Shown here: positions 47,601 to 55,184 of the stretch, in pieces
Position numbering within the stretch: position 1 is the first letter of the stretch
Layout of the letters: each line of letters begins with the position of its first letter
The notes under the pieces: model-generated
Told to the model about the DNA's origin: nothing
The model's input: only the letters and a program-made list of their open reading frames with translations
Databases searched by the model: none
Made by a program: the position numbers and the translations under genes
Virus record (IMG/VR): IMGVR_UViG_3300021958_000059
Location: 850-64,849 of that record
DNA from: a virus
Lineage: Duplodnaviria; Caudoviricetes
Strand: one strand, 5' to 3'
Length of the DNA stretch: 64,000 nt

Positions 47601-49581
47601 CAAAATTATAATCAAAGAGTATATCACCAACATTATCAATATTTAGATATGATAAAGGAAATCCTAGTTCAGTATCAGTTAATCCTGATCCGTGCTTATA
47701 ACTGATTATTTTAGTTCCATCAAAGGTGCTTACCGGATACGAATCTTGATCTGAAAGACTTATTCCTTCATCATCGAATAGATCAAACAACGGTGCTTGA
47801 TTTATTGAATTCTTATCCTGACTCTTCTTCCACTCTGTTCCGTTAAAGAAAAACATCTTACCAGCATTTACTGTTCCTCTTCTAATAAGAACACATTCAT
47901 TTATATTGGAGTTGGTATCACTAGTTTCTTTTAGATTAATTTGCCTACTTCCATTATGGGTAATAAAATTAACTTCATAGATTTTATTATTAGCAAGACT
48001 ATCTGTATCTGCCGTAACTAATATTCTAGCACCCTGGAATAAAGACTGTCCATCAATGCTGTATCCTGCGCTTCCTTCAATTGTAGAAAACACATCAGTA
48101 GTATAATCGTCGATATAATCTACTGTCTCTTTTGCTATGGACCCATGTTCATAAAGTTGTATTCCTGGATGAAATTCGATAATAGGTCTTTTTGCTCTAG
48201 AAACTTCCGGAGCGTCAAAATCACTATTTCTAAATTTGTAAGAATATTCCAAGACAGATTTATGGAACCATCTGTTGTATCTACTCCACGGGTTTGAATC
48301 TGCACTTATCCTATTAATTGTAATGTAATCCTTGCTTGACGGATATTGACTTGCATCGTCAAACGGTAGTGTGTCAAACCCTTGGTTATCAAATAAAATT
48401 TCGGGTGTATCCGAAGATATTACAGGAGGAACAAGATCAGTGAATCTCTTTAAAGAAATTTCTTTTCCAACGCCTTCAACTAACCATGTGTCAGAAGCAT
48501 ATTTTTCTGGTTGCACCTGCCCTCTAAATTCAACGACTAATCCGTTTGATAATTCTACATTGTTTGCACTTGTATAATACTTCTTACCTATAATTTCTTT
48601 TTCTATATCTATAAAAGTATTACTATCAATATCAGCAATTATAAATCTTCCTAGCCTATTAGGATCGGTTCCGCTTTGATAATAAATTACATCAGGAGCG
48701 TTTCTTGGAACTTCAAAAGTAAGTGTTCCTGTTTCTATAGCATTGTTGTCTACTCCAGTATTATAAACTAAAGATTCTAGAGAAGCAGAGCTGTCTAATA
48801 ATTCCCAGTCTTGACTATCAATATCAATACTGCTGCCATCTCCTGGTGATATTTCAACTTTTGCTCTCCAAAGTTTTCCGTCTGTAACTGCAAGGTCGCC
48901 TGGAAAATAAGTTTTTAAGGGATCGTAATTTAAAGATCCAGTATCATAGTTAGTTCTTAGAGTGAATGATTCACCCGGAGAATTAATATCAAACTTATAA
49001 GTTTGTCCTCTATACAAAGTTATTGTAGGATTGTTTGTTTGTCCATCCGGAGTAAACACCCAAGACGACCCAATTCCTTGATTGACCTTATAAGTTGATC
49101 GAATTGTTTGTGCTTGCCCTTGGATTGAAATTGGCGGTGGTCCAGCAGGAGCCCAGTAGTATTCGCTATAATTTATAAACTTGTCCCAATCAATAGGAGG
49201 ATTCCAACTATAGTGTTCTTGGTATGTAATATTGTCATCTCTATCAATATCGTTACCAAAAAACTTAAGGATATTTTTAAAATCTAGATAGTCATAAAAT
49301 TTTTCTAATTTTTGATCTTTTTCTACAGTTACACCCGGCTCTAACTGATATCGACTTCTTAGTGTTTGATCAGTATCAAGATAAACATCGGTGCCTTTAA
49401 AAGTCTTACCAAATCGTCTACCAATAAATCCAGATAATTTATCAAGTGCTCCTGGTTGTATTAAGGGATCAAGCGCACCTGAAAGAAACTTATCGTTAAC
49501 TTCTGTTCTAAATGTATTAGGTAAAAGATCTATCGACTTTCTAATAGGAAGTTCGCTTTTGGGATATTTCTTATCTGCCAT
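35638..49581 (-). CDS. Giant (4647 aa) baseplate/virion protein with FG-GAP-like propeller and CBM-like repeats
   Basis: Uninterrupted ORF following the gp6-like gene; repeats FG..(V/I)A.S...LVIG(A/S)P; Y..GD.V.Y.G.LW.A; DGST motifs. Confidence 0.85.
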   Translation of the reverse strand: MADKKYPKSELPIRKSIDLLPNTFRTEVNDKFLSGALDPLIQPGALDKLSGFIGRRFGKTFKGTDVYLDTDQTLRSRYQLEPGVTVEKDQKLEKFYDYLDFKNILKFFGNDIDRDDNITYQEHYSWNPPIDWDKFINYSEYYWAPAGPPPISIQGQAQTIRSTYKVNQGIGSSWVFTPDGQTNNPTITLYRGQTYKFDINSPGESFTLRTNYDTGSLNYDPLKTYFPGDLAVTDGKLWRAKVEISPGDGSSIDIDSQDWELLDSSASLESLVYNTGVDNNAIETGTLTFEVPRNAPDVIYYQSGTDPNRLGRFIIADIDSNTFIDIEKEIIGKKYYTSANNVELSNGLVVEFRGQVQPEKYASDTWLVEGVGKEISLKRFTDLVPPVISSDTPEILFDNQGFDTLPFDDASQYPSSKDYITINRISADSNPWSRYNRWFHKSVLEYSYKFRNSDFDAPEVSRAKRPIIEFHPGIQLYEHGSIAKETVDYIDDYTTDVFSTIEGSAGYSIDGQSLFQGARILVTADTDSLANNKIYEVNFITHNGSRQINLKETSDTNSNINECVLIRRGTVNAGKMFFFNGTEWKKSQDKNSINQAPLFDLFDDEGISLSDQDSYPVSTFDGTKIISYKHGSGLTDTELGFPLSYLNIDNVGDILFDYNFDADNFNYTETQVRYTKNLNTCYFKINGSLDNGWTITKKDYLQPIIDTTTIEEETNAFILDTVIWNNLTPNAKIILYLNGNLLKDPYTRSEGTFTFSRTFAEKDIITIKIVDDIEPESGYYEIPVGIEKNPLNQQIQTFTLGQATDHIRTSLEFDERFNGILPGSNNLRDISDFQQNAKRFLKHSGIAASAISLLCDKDINLIKSLQFAKKQYSTFKENFIKKSTELEFTSDVIADQVDQIIESLTKTKTINSPFADSDMIGTGAYNSTEYVVEDAGIKTFSLNEKFDLDTLSRKAVYVYLNNLQLLHKKDYEFNSAFGFMTLLTELSVGDKIEIREYISTAYSHIAPTPTSIGLYKKYTPMKFLDDTYRESQNVIQGHDGSITLSYDDFRDDLLLELEYRIYNNIKQEYDPKVFDIDNNLGGYYGNALFSKNDFDRVANQEFLKWVSNTNLSYTTNDFFKENETFTYTYSNMTDPTKTQNIPGWWRGVYKYFYDTDRPHRCPWECLGFSEKPTWWDDEYGPAPYTSGNLILWEDIRDGIIRQGDRAGTYPRYARTSIISHIPVNADGELLSPLDSGVATNFTLVNNKGSFVLGDVSPTEYAYRSSSEFPFVIMIGLSLLRPYEFIITNFDRSKTKRNAVNQIVSSATNTFLTVNEITIPNPGETQSSGLSAYVTSYLKSQGNPITVGQDILSNLNVRLSSRLSGFVDKSQQKYLLDSKSPQSASSSIFVPPENYNIVFNVSSPIDSVTYSGVILEKTQGGWIVNGYDDINPYFNYYASVANQKDPVLSVGGVSATFVVWSTGQKYNNGAIVEYRNMYYRAKETHTSIDEFEESRWTKLPELPTIGSVTAQRRRNFNKFRLQQLSYGTTLKLVQDVVDFLLGYEEYLKSQGLIFENYNNDNQVTQDFTTACKEFMFWSRHNWSIGSLITLSPGAEKLKITIPVGVADNLFDSFYEYNILTDTGEPIQPANVDVIRDFQSFEISTTNTTKGIYYLKVNYVLKEHVTIFSDRTVFNDVIFDKPTGYRQERIKVQGFRTVDWDGDYTSPGFIFDNVNIESWEPYNDYRLGDIINYQGVNYTSKDNHTSGEFFNAQNWTRLDSTPTKSLIPNYDYRINQIEDYFDVDSEGLAASQRDLARHTIGYQTRQYLQNLAEDEVTQFRLYQGFIREKGTNNALTKIFDKLGRTIEEGVTLKEEWAFKLAEFGGNEQSDNIELKLQTDQFEINPQPVLITETSQGDFIDRYYRVDKSDFLYAPIPYTTAINTTTLNDITKRSAGYVKTNQVEYILKTRDDILDLDIDFIDENDHIWITFDKQSWSVLRVNFVNELAITNITTDKNIVTIKFDKRHNLSIDDIIGLTDLGDITGFHKITSVQTFTVTFETDTPPADTNFEPSSFAYPVLLTEARYSTYDDMDPEQVALMGRGSNLFIDKNSDGKWEVLEKNKQYSSKKILNFGSSTPIHAGKKVIYAEQQKQIIASITGSALVVCYLETPTGLDVKQLLQPIEGFTAAVTGTFGDEIATSPDNQWLVIGSPKASGIRSNFRGVFNSFDSYAAGDIVQYGAQLWKAVRSVVADGSTINVYTDDWEVVKNIQALESGSSEGYQEQGMISVYRYSANQWNLVDSFVSPRADGDRYFGSKIALAKNGNTYSMAVSAPGAAGNKGRVYLYVYNETEGWILDQNSNYKGTYEPGGTFTSEEMKSGRTYTISSSGTSNFLLVGASSNAPGTVFASTGPTEGTGTVIQQTFYPEGSIVYYAGNLWQAIADNEGDGSTITIESSDWIKLDNVNTLTSLPQSVGIEDDGSTLATGILNADQLAELIKVGDKFGSSLAMDYTGNTLVIGAVDADGQYFPNYRGNWQPNFEYTEGDVVRHESQYHRLDNIGITSVGPDSTIRSFNQSPDEGYPWVNVGDSSSEAVGKVFVYKKNTNGYYKLQQTITADSLQDISDLDTVENISSGDQLGYAVSIDYSGNNLVITSPRADKNFQNQGSAYILKYETDSTQERFRIKQKIESFGRYPNEYFGQSVAISANTDRIVIGANNTGYNFPIRFDESQTFFDESNTTFKTYGGYSGAVYVFEKKGSKYYLAEKLEDDLSLNESFGHTVALTTDVVIVGSPYYISPASHGATLDFTGPVTGMVRLFRKDQNIKSLEIVGQQTPKVDLESIKRISLYDEVTDTKIQNLEIYDPGKLKLLAEAEKELSFKTPYDPAIYNVGTDDVVVDANISWYEKNVGKLWWNLSTVKWIDYEQGDTAYRLANWGKQAVGSSVDVYEWVESRLLPSEWSAVADTTEGLQLGISGQPLYTDDTVYTFKEFLNVDTGQTTETKYYFWVKNKVTVPDNTLGRTISAASVASSITDPSTLGNTYIALAASDKVFFYNYRNIVSSDTTILNIEKFNDTSAKNSIHNEYQLLTEGVADSIPADKLERKWIDSLVGYDKQGNRVPDPNLPIKQQFGIGVRPRQGMFVNRKQILKQTIQTINAVLQKEAFANTINFENLNLFDEQPDKSLYLYDLSVSNLIDLETVGTTRVTRAILTPNIIDNEISSINIIDPGFGYKPQELFDQEIAGVYQGPAVTIEGDGEGAEAVSHIDGQGRIVAVVVTKRGKNYTYAEVSVRRFSVLVENDNTVNNFWAIYAWDDERKSFFRSASQGFDTRKYWNYVDWWKEGYGPTSRIIKEISDVSREPTINVEIGDLIRIKEYGSGGWAVFEKNVETSNLPLGNYSLVGRFNGTIQLSVSLYDVDTSGIGFDNITSFDTGLYDLEPSDELRNIFKAVKENIFVGDYAVEWNKIFFNSVRYVLHEQTYVDWTFKTSFLNAIHNVGEFKTISNYKNDNLDSFAQYIDEVKPYRTTIREYISKYDSTEQTPLSTTDFDLPAVYSDAAGSFTTVNNLSDEINRYPWKHWADNNGYNIINIVISSAGSGYVSPPKVVIEGNGSGASAQAFISSGKVVGIKILDEGTGYTKTPTVSLVGGNGSSTDIAKAVAKLGETKVRNFDIAIKFDRITKNGFYSQFSDTEIFTASGTTSVFDLKYAPTRDKSKITITKNDQIVLSSEYLITLYKTNTEDFNILKGKITFIVPPLSGDVIKIIYEKNDELLDSVNRIEKYYSPVTGMKGTDLDQLMTGIDYGGVQVQGTTFDVTGGWDALPWFTDSWDSVEAASDYYHVCDGSTEYVVLPFVPTDGQQINIYLKREGEGSLPTVDDLQYSESVKNPPVVRIDDPYFGGDNDSSLVTNENALMPTFVGDGSTTQVEVGQYIRTNDGDILIFRPIESDGAVTITDPNIVDSNISGGSLSVMEGAYATASGITSQEIKIEGGRFIGPEQVPATEENVPGQILDSLSIKVYQTTNNGVAPIQSKVIISDGSTNSYDIGQQVFENKSVLVFVDGIKKDLDTDYEIVGDRTVVFTSVPDSNKKIELISIGIGGVSLLDYQEFNADGETSLYLTNAPYELTTNVFTTINGVETDAQFTNSTDLVDTVGRTLIQFGTVPSENSVIKIIVLGTSTDTDSSNLSIVRVNRQTVIYNGTDRNYNLDNFVQLTRESSLSSIVVEVNDVKLKGPDTVYDIYDGTTNSYTLGQDPEEGAGTILSANISVFVNGERKTFIQDYVYDGTTRVLTFTTGLLQTGDVVKIENNLRSEYSIENGDIVVDSSVSLTTGDEIEITWFNEYPSMKIDSDVIVGGKVNYELPFTPLGVDYVWVYKNGVKLIQDIDYYISLPRGVIYLEVENTFSDTITITTFGTEIYRLPSAYEINKDMLNVYRYNRYSKSTIVLAKELNYYDDTIEVSDATNLYQPIRNRNIPGIIEIDNEKIEYMTVEGNTLGQLRRGVQGTAIKELHQLNDNVVDLGPREALPYTESQDRIDFVGDGSSLLVGPLDFVPSKSSVGSWSVTTIPNDYGRCDTVEVFVGGKRLRKTPLTIFDETLGPVSPQADKEVEAEFSVDGVTPYIRLTVPAGAGTRITIIKRTGQTWYDKGATTASAGITLLSNNTPISKFIAAKSTKLPE

Positions 49582-52500
49582 TATGTATTACTCGCCACTG
49601 AATTTGAACTAGATCTAATTTCGGCAGAGGTAATACTTGACACTATTTCAATATCATCAACCGTTGCTCCGCTTACAAAAATTTCATCTGGTTTACTTTG
49701 TATTTCAAACAGGCTTCCAAACGCCTGGCTTTGTTGTCTCGGTAGTATAACAAAGTTTGAAACATCTGGAGACACAGAATTAATAACATATGTTGTTAAT
49801 TCACTTAGGTAAAATCTATCTCCAAAGTCCCAATTGTTGATATTAAAAAATTCATTAATTGCTGTTACAATTCTAACTTTTAAATTATTATCGTTAATTG
49901 ATTTATTAGGATTTTTAACCACCTTAAATTGTGCTTGAACATTATCTGCTGCTGTGCTGCCAAATAATACTTTATATTTTACAGGATGATATACAATTTC
50001 GTCACTAATTGATTTAATAGTATTCAATGTAGATCCATAATCAATTCTTAGACTATCAGTAGTTGGGGCTTCTGGCTGACTTATTGCACCTACCAGGTAG
50101 TTCCTAAATTGGGTATCATAATTTTTTGTTAGCAAATATAGATCAATAATATTGGTAACACTTGGATCAATTCTTCTATCTTCACTAGCAGCATGTGTAT
50201 ACTGAAATTTAATATTTCGTCTACCTATATTCGCCTTATACTTACTTTCTAGTATTAGTGTATTGGTTGTTTTATCAACTCTTTTTACTCTATCTTCATT
50301 AATATCACTAAAATAAATTAATTGGCCGTCATCAAAATCATTTACATTTACTAGCGTTTCTTTTTCTCTTAGTATGATGGTATCATTAGAATTATCAAAA
50401 AGATTATAAATTGTAGACCCATAGGCATCTGTTGTTTTTTCAAAGAACAAATAATTTTTTTCTATATCAGCGCCTACTACTTTAATAAATGAGTCAGGAT
50501 CATCAATTACTCCGTCGTCGTCTGAATCACTAAACGATAATTTTATTTCTTTAGTGCTTTCATACCCATCGTCAAATTGTATTGTGTCTGAAATTTCAAA
50601 TGCGTAATCTCTTTTTAGACTTTCAGCACCAGTTGTTGACGGGTTAATGTTTAAAACTTTAACCTTGTCCTTAACTAATTGTCCGGTAATATTATTAAAT
50701 GCCTTTTCATTTTTATCGAAATAAAATCTATTTTGCGAAACACTACCGAATATGTAATTCATAACTCTAATTCTTACATTATATTGGTCGTTGTCTTTTA
50801 CAAAACTAAGAAGCCAAGAACTGTCAAGATTTTCGTTTGATGTATCGCCTGCCTTACCAAGGCTAAAACTATTTGTTATATCAAGATTTTGTGTTTGTAT
50901 TATTTTCCACTCACCTGCATTTGTATCATAACGCAAACCAAAATTCACTCCAGCAAACAACAAATTAACCATTTCTGTTTCTAGTGCAGTGCTTAAATCA
51001 TTTACAAATCTTGGAACAATACTAGTTGCAATGGCTCCGTTAGGAATATTATCATTAAAAGTAATTGGTCCTAAACCTGTGTCTAAAACACCTCTTCCAG
51101 CATTAGTTCCGTCGCCTACTACACTAACTACCCTTGTCCAGATATAATCTGTTTGTTCAATATCCGCACTATCGGTTAAAACTAATTCACCTTTCTTAAA
51201 TGAGTATCCTTGTGGGGCAGTAAATTTAATATTTGCACCTACTGTTAGATATTTTAATGTATTTGTAGCATACGAACCAACTTTTAACAACGCACTATCA
51301 ACAGTATTTTTAAAATATCCAGTTCCTATATTCACATCATTAGTAATCGCTTCCCATACTGTTGTAGTTTCACTAAACAGAACTCTTTCAAATTTAGTAA
51401 TATAAAAATTATATAAATCAGAATTAGAAAATATTCCTTCAATGCTGCTTCTAATAAAATTAATAATATCTGTCTTGTCTGTAAATTTAAAACTTAAAAT
51501 TCTTTCGTCTTCTTGTTTGTAAATATATCCGTCATCTCCAAATACATTTACTGCACTGTATTTTCCGCTGGCATCTATAATATCAAAATTCCTACTAATA
51601 CCACTTGAAGTTCTATTGACTGCTTTTACTTTAAGAATATTTTGTGAACTTGCTAACGGTGCAAGATTATAATCTTCACCAGTAATCATTCTGTTTTGTG
51701 TATAATAAAGTGCAGGTGCATTTTGTCTAATGTTATCAGAACTTTCCGTTGTAGCAGCATTATTAACTGTATACTGTAAACCTAAATTAATTGTCAATGT
51801 ATGTGCTATGCCGGCACTATTAAGATAATTTACATCGATAGCGATACCTCTCATCTCCGTTGGAGCGATTGAATACTCTAATCCATTGCTAACCCTGTAG
51901 TAGGTTCTAAAACTTCCCTGTGGAAGATTTCCATATATTCCGTCTGCAAATAATAAATTAACCTTATCATTTTGTTGTGTGGAAACTGAATATATGTCTT
52001 TGACATTTCCAACAATAGAATTATATGCAATATTATTTCCTACAAGATTGCTTACCTTGGTCCATTCAGTAGTTTGACCTCCTGAACTGTTTAATGAAAA
52101 CAACCAGATGTCGTTATTATTGATGTTACTACTTTCTACTGAAACTGATTCATTGGTTGTTGGAGTGTTAATTGTAAAGTCAGCAAGTTCTAAACTACCC
52201 TGTTTGAACATTAGGTAAAACCCAGTATTTGCACTACCTGGTCCTTTTCCATCCTGCCTATAAACAAATCCTAGTTGATTACCAGGAACAGGTGCTTCTT
52301 CATAAATTTCTTCGGCATCTTTAAAACTTGTGCTAACCAACTCAAATGCCATGTTTCGGCCAGCAACTGATTTTGTAAAGGTAAACAGAGGAACATCTGT
52401 AGATGTTGTTCTAAATCTATACTGTTCAGTTGGAATGCTTTGTATCGTATCAGTGCCTTGGCTTCTTCCAAATTCTGTATTATCTGCCATTGCTGCATTT

Positions 52501-52979
52501 AGAATTAGGATAAACTGTTCTGCCCAATTAGTATTTGTAGGATCATTCCATCTTACTGTTTGTTGTGAAAGATCTCTACCATTACTATCAACAATACTTT
52601 CTGTAGTTGATATTGAATTGAATTTTAAGAGCCCGCTTGAACTTATATTTCTTTTAGCGTTATACCCAAGCATTCTAGCAATTCTAAGAATACTTTCTTT
52701 TCTTTCTGCTAATTCAATAAAGTTTTCTCTCGAAGCGAGATCAAGTCGGAAACTTAAACTCTGTCCCAAAAATGATATTGCATCAATCAAGGCAAGATAT
52801 TCTGAACTTTCAATATAGTCGTTAAAATCTTCTGGATAATTTTCTCTCAGATACGTTATAATTACTCTGCGAATGTTTTCAAAGTCGTAGGACTTAAAAT
52901 CTGCATTCTTAAACGTCTGATAGATGCGTTTCCAGTCTTCGTTCAGTATTAAATTATTCTGTCTTGATGTAGTGCTCAT
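49581..52979 (-). CDS. gp6: Baseplate wedge subunit (T4 gp6-like)
   Basis: DFENIR..I..YLR..DFNDYIESSE..ALIDAISFLGQ; AERKESILRIARMLGY; NR.IT.EDY. Confidence 0.85.
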   Translation of the reverse strand: MSTTSRQNNLILNEDWKRIYQTFKNADFKSYDFENIRRVIITYLRENYPEDFNDYIESSEYLALIDAISFLGQSLSFRLDLASRENFIELAERKESILRIARMLGYNAKRNISSSGLLKFNSISTTESIVDSNGRDLSQQTVRWNDPTNTNWAEQFILILNAAMADNTEFGRSQGTDTIQSIPTEQYRFRTTSTDVPLFTFTKSVAGRNMAFELVSTSFKDAEEIYEEAPVPGNQLGFVYRQDGKGPGSANTGFYLMFKQGSLELADFTINTPTTNESVSVESSNINNNDIWLFSLNSSGGQTTEWTKVSNLVGNNIAYNSIVGNVKDIYSVSTQQNDKVNLLFADGIYGNLPQGSFRTYYRVSNGLEYSIAPTEMRGIAIDVNYLNSAGIAHTLTINLGLQYTVNNAATTESSDNIRQNAPALYYTQNRMITGEDYNLAPLASSQNILKVKAVNRTSSGISRNFDIIDASGKYSAVNVFGDDGYIYKQEDERILSFKFTDKTDIINFIRSSIEGIFSNSDLYNFYITKFERVLFSETTTVWEAITNDVNIGTGYFKNTVDSALLKVGSYATNTLKYLTVGANIKFTAPQGYSFKKGELVLTDSADIEQTDYIWTRVVSVVGDGTNAGRGVLDTGLGPITFNDNIPNGAIATSIVPRFVNDLSTALETEMVNLLFAGVNFGLRYDTNAGEWKIIQTQNLDITNSFSLGKAGDTSNENLDSSWLLSFVKDNDQYNVRIRVMNYIFGSVSQNRFYFDKNEKAFNNITGQLVKDKVKVLNINPSTTGAESLKRDYAFEISDTIQFDDGYESTKEIKLSFSDSDDDGVIDDPDSFIKVVGADIEKNYLFFEKTTDAYGSTIYNLFDNSNDTIILREKETLVNVNDFDDGQLIYFSDINEDRVKRVDKTTNTLILESKYKANIGRRNIKFQYTHAASEDRRIDPSVTNIIDLYLLTKNYDTQFRNYLVGAISQPEAPTTDSLRIDYGSTLNTIKSISDEIVYHPVKYKVLFGSTAADNVQAQFKVVKNPNKSINDNNLKVRIVTAINEFFNINNWDFGDRFYLSELTTYVINSVSPDVSNFVILPRQQSQAFGSLFEIQSKPDEIFVSGATVDDIEIVSSITSAEIRSSSNSVASNT

Positions 52980-53023
52980 TTATGCGTTTCCTATTGTAAT
53001 ATTTAGCACAACTAATAAACTGC

Positions 53024-53461
53024 TCAGTTTATTACCGAATTGTTTCTATCAAAATTAAAGGTCATTCTCTCGGTAATATTGAACGGGATATAAACAACCT
53101 CTGCTTCAATTCTCATTCCTTGTTCAGTGCTATCTACCGATACTGCTTGGACAGCAATTCTAGGATCATAATTAATGACTGTTTCAACATCCTTTGCTAT
53201 CATGGTCTTTGTTTCTTCAGTAAACTGTTCAAAAATCATATCCCATATTATTGTTCCAAATTGAGGATTTTCTAACTTTTCGCCCTTTCTGATATAAAAA
53301 TGATTGATAATGTCCTGCTTGACTAGATCAATATCATATAATTTAAACCCATTCTGCTTATTCTTAGAGTTAAATCCTTTGTATGTGAATGCACCATTGC
53401 CGCTGTCGCCAACAGATGCTTTGTTAACTGCCACAGATTTTTGATTGTATATCTTTTTCAT
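53024..53461 (-). CDS. gp25: Baseplate wedge subunit (gp25-like)
   Basis: LVKQDIINHFYIRKGEKLENPQFGTIIWD..FE..I.YDPRI. Confidence 0.9.
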   Translation of the reverse strand: MKKIYNQKSVAVNKASVGDSGNGAFTYKGFNSKNKQNGFKLYDIDLVKQDIINHFYIRKGEKLENPQFGTIIWDMIFEQFTEETKTMIAKDVETVINYDPRIAVQAVSVDSTEQGMRIEAEVVYIPFNITERMTFNFDRNNSVIN

Positions 53462-53462
53462 A

Positions 53463-55181
53463 TTATTTGTCTCCTAGTTCCCTGTCGGTAAATTCTGGGG
53501 TTTGTAGTGCAGGAGAAGTATTCTCATGCAATGCCCACGGTTCGTGCATAGGAACTCTCCGCATGATGGATTGAATTTCCCCATCGGCATATTTTGTTGA
53601 CGCCCATTCCTTACTATAGTCATTATATAGATTAACATGAGTAATTAGATTAGCAATACTCTTAGCAGAGTCTGCTGTTCTGGCTTGTGGACCGTTCATG
53701 TGTATTTGTTCTGCTGTTTCGATGTGTTGACCTGTGCTTAATATTTCTGTATTTGCTCCAGCAGTTAAACTAGTTCGCTGTCCTGTTTTAATATCAAGAT
53801 TAATTGCCTGTTCTATTCTCGTGTTTCCAATAATATCTATATCGAGATCACCAGGAACTTGGACTCCTTCGGCGTTTTCATATGTTCTAGTTTCTATCTT
53901 ACCGTTGGCTCCTATTAGTAAATTAAAATTAAATGCGCTTTCAATTTGTATTCTGCCTGCTTCGTATTCTAGCTCATCCTGTATTTTAGGAATAGGATTA
54001 CCGTCAGCATCTCTTCGATGCAACACAGACTTAGATTGATACTCAGCAGTTGCCTTCATGTTTATATTTCGACCTGCTTCCATGTTGATATCTCTATCAG
54101 CCTTAATGTTTAAATCTGTTTCAGTATGAATACTAATGCTGTCAGCGGCATAGATATCTATCTTACCATTAGAAGTTAATTCAACCCATGCCGTTCCTTT
54201 GGCATTGCCTATGTAAATTAAATCCTCGGAATTGTGCATCAGTATTTGATGCCCTGTTCTGGTTCGTATTCTTGTGTGTTCGTTGTAAGGAACATCCGGC
54301 TGGCCTTTTGAATTAGTTTGTTCTCCCGTTGCAGCATCTCTGCCTTCAATGACATCAATATACTTTACTGGTCCGGTAGATGCACTGGTGTCTCGAACAT
54401 ATCGATCATCGCCGTCATCGATAACAAATTGTGTTCCGCCTAATCTGCTAACTGGAACGGCCGTTTCTGATTGGTTTTGTGTGGGACCTAAAGTCATTCT
54501 CTTAGATCCATCTCTCCAATCAAGAGGTCCTGGTGTTGAAATTCCAAACACCGAATTAGGTGTTTGTCTACGCGATGTAGATGTTATTACACCTCTCACA
54601 TCGTCCTCTAGCGTTCCTTGTTCTAAAAATTTATCTGCTATTGGGTGAACTGGTTTTTTAATTTTTTCTGCGTCCTTTTCAGAATCATCAGAATTTCTTC
54701 TTTTGTTTATTTCTCCAGTAGGAAGAGGAGATTTGGTATTAAATTTTTTCTTATCTTCATCGGTTAAATCTACCTGCGTGGTTCCAGCAATACCAGGAAC
54801 CATTTGGTTGGAAAAAGATGGTGGTAAACAAGCAAACCAATAACCCTCTCCAGGGTCGCCGTCAACAAACACACACATAACTGTAACACCAACGTCTGGT
54901 GGGACAAACCACATACCATAAGACTTTTGGGTATCGTTAAAATCAGTATTATTTTTCCCCATTGCTTCAAATGGAGTGTATCCAAAGAACGGCGAAGCGT
55001 AGTTTACAACATAAGTTTGATTGTCTGCACCAACGTCATTACCTTGATCTTTTAATAGTGTAACTCTGAGCCTACCATTAAAGGTAGAATCCATTACACT
55101 TACAACGCTCGCAAGATAGACTCCGGATCCTAAATCTATTCCGATTGATTCTTTTCTAGGTGTTCTTCTTTGTATGGCCAT
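53463..55181 (-). CDS. Baseplate hub/spike protein (gp5/VgrG-like OB-fold plus beta-helix)
   Basis: GRLRV...YASPF; SYGMWFVPPDVG..V.CVFVDGDP; RTRTGHQILM; short beta-helix repeats. Confidence 0.8.
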   Translation of the reverse strand: MAIQRRTPRKESIGIDLGSGVYLASVVSVMDSTFNGRLRVTLLKDQGNDVGADNQTYVVNYASPFFGYTPFEAMGKNNTDFNDTQKSYGMWFVPPDVGVTVMCVFVDGDPGEGYWFACLPPSFSNQMVPGIAGTTQVDLTDEDKKKFNTKSPLPTGEINKRRNSDDSEKDAEKIKKPVHPIADKFLEQGTLEDDVRGVITSTSRRQTPNSVFGISTPGPLDWRDGSKRMTLGPTQNQSETAVPVSRLGGTQFVIDDGDDRYVRDTSASTGPVKYIDVIEGRDAATGEQTNSKGQPDVPYNEHTRIRTRTGHQILMHNSEDLIYIGNAKGTAWVELTSNGKIDIYAADSISIHTETDLNIKADRDINMEAGRNINMKATAEYQSKSVLHRRDADGNPIPKIQDELEYEAGRIQIESAFNFNLLIGANGKIETRTYENAEGVQVPGDLDIDIIGNTRIEQAINLDIKTGQRTSLTAGANTEILSTGQHIETAEQIHMNGPQARTADSAKSIANLITHVNLYNDYSKEWASTKYADGEIQSIMRRVPMHEPWALHENTSPALQTPEFTDRELGDK

Positions 55182-55184
55182 TTA

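Noticed and set aside
35638-49581. Stop-codon recoding, intein or intron in the giant ORF or elsewhere
   Set aside because: All long genes are open in the standard code and use TAA, TAG and TGA as stops; no intein (C...HN) or LAGLIDADG block was recognised
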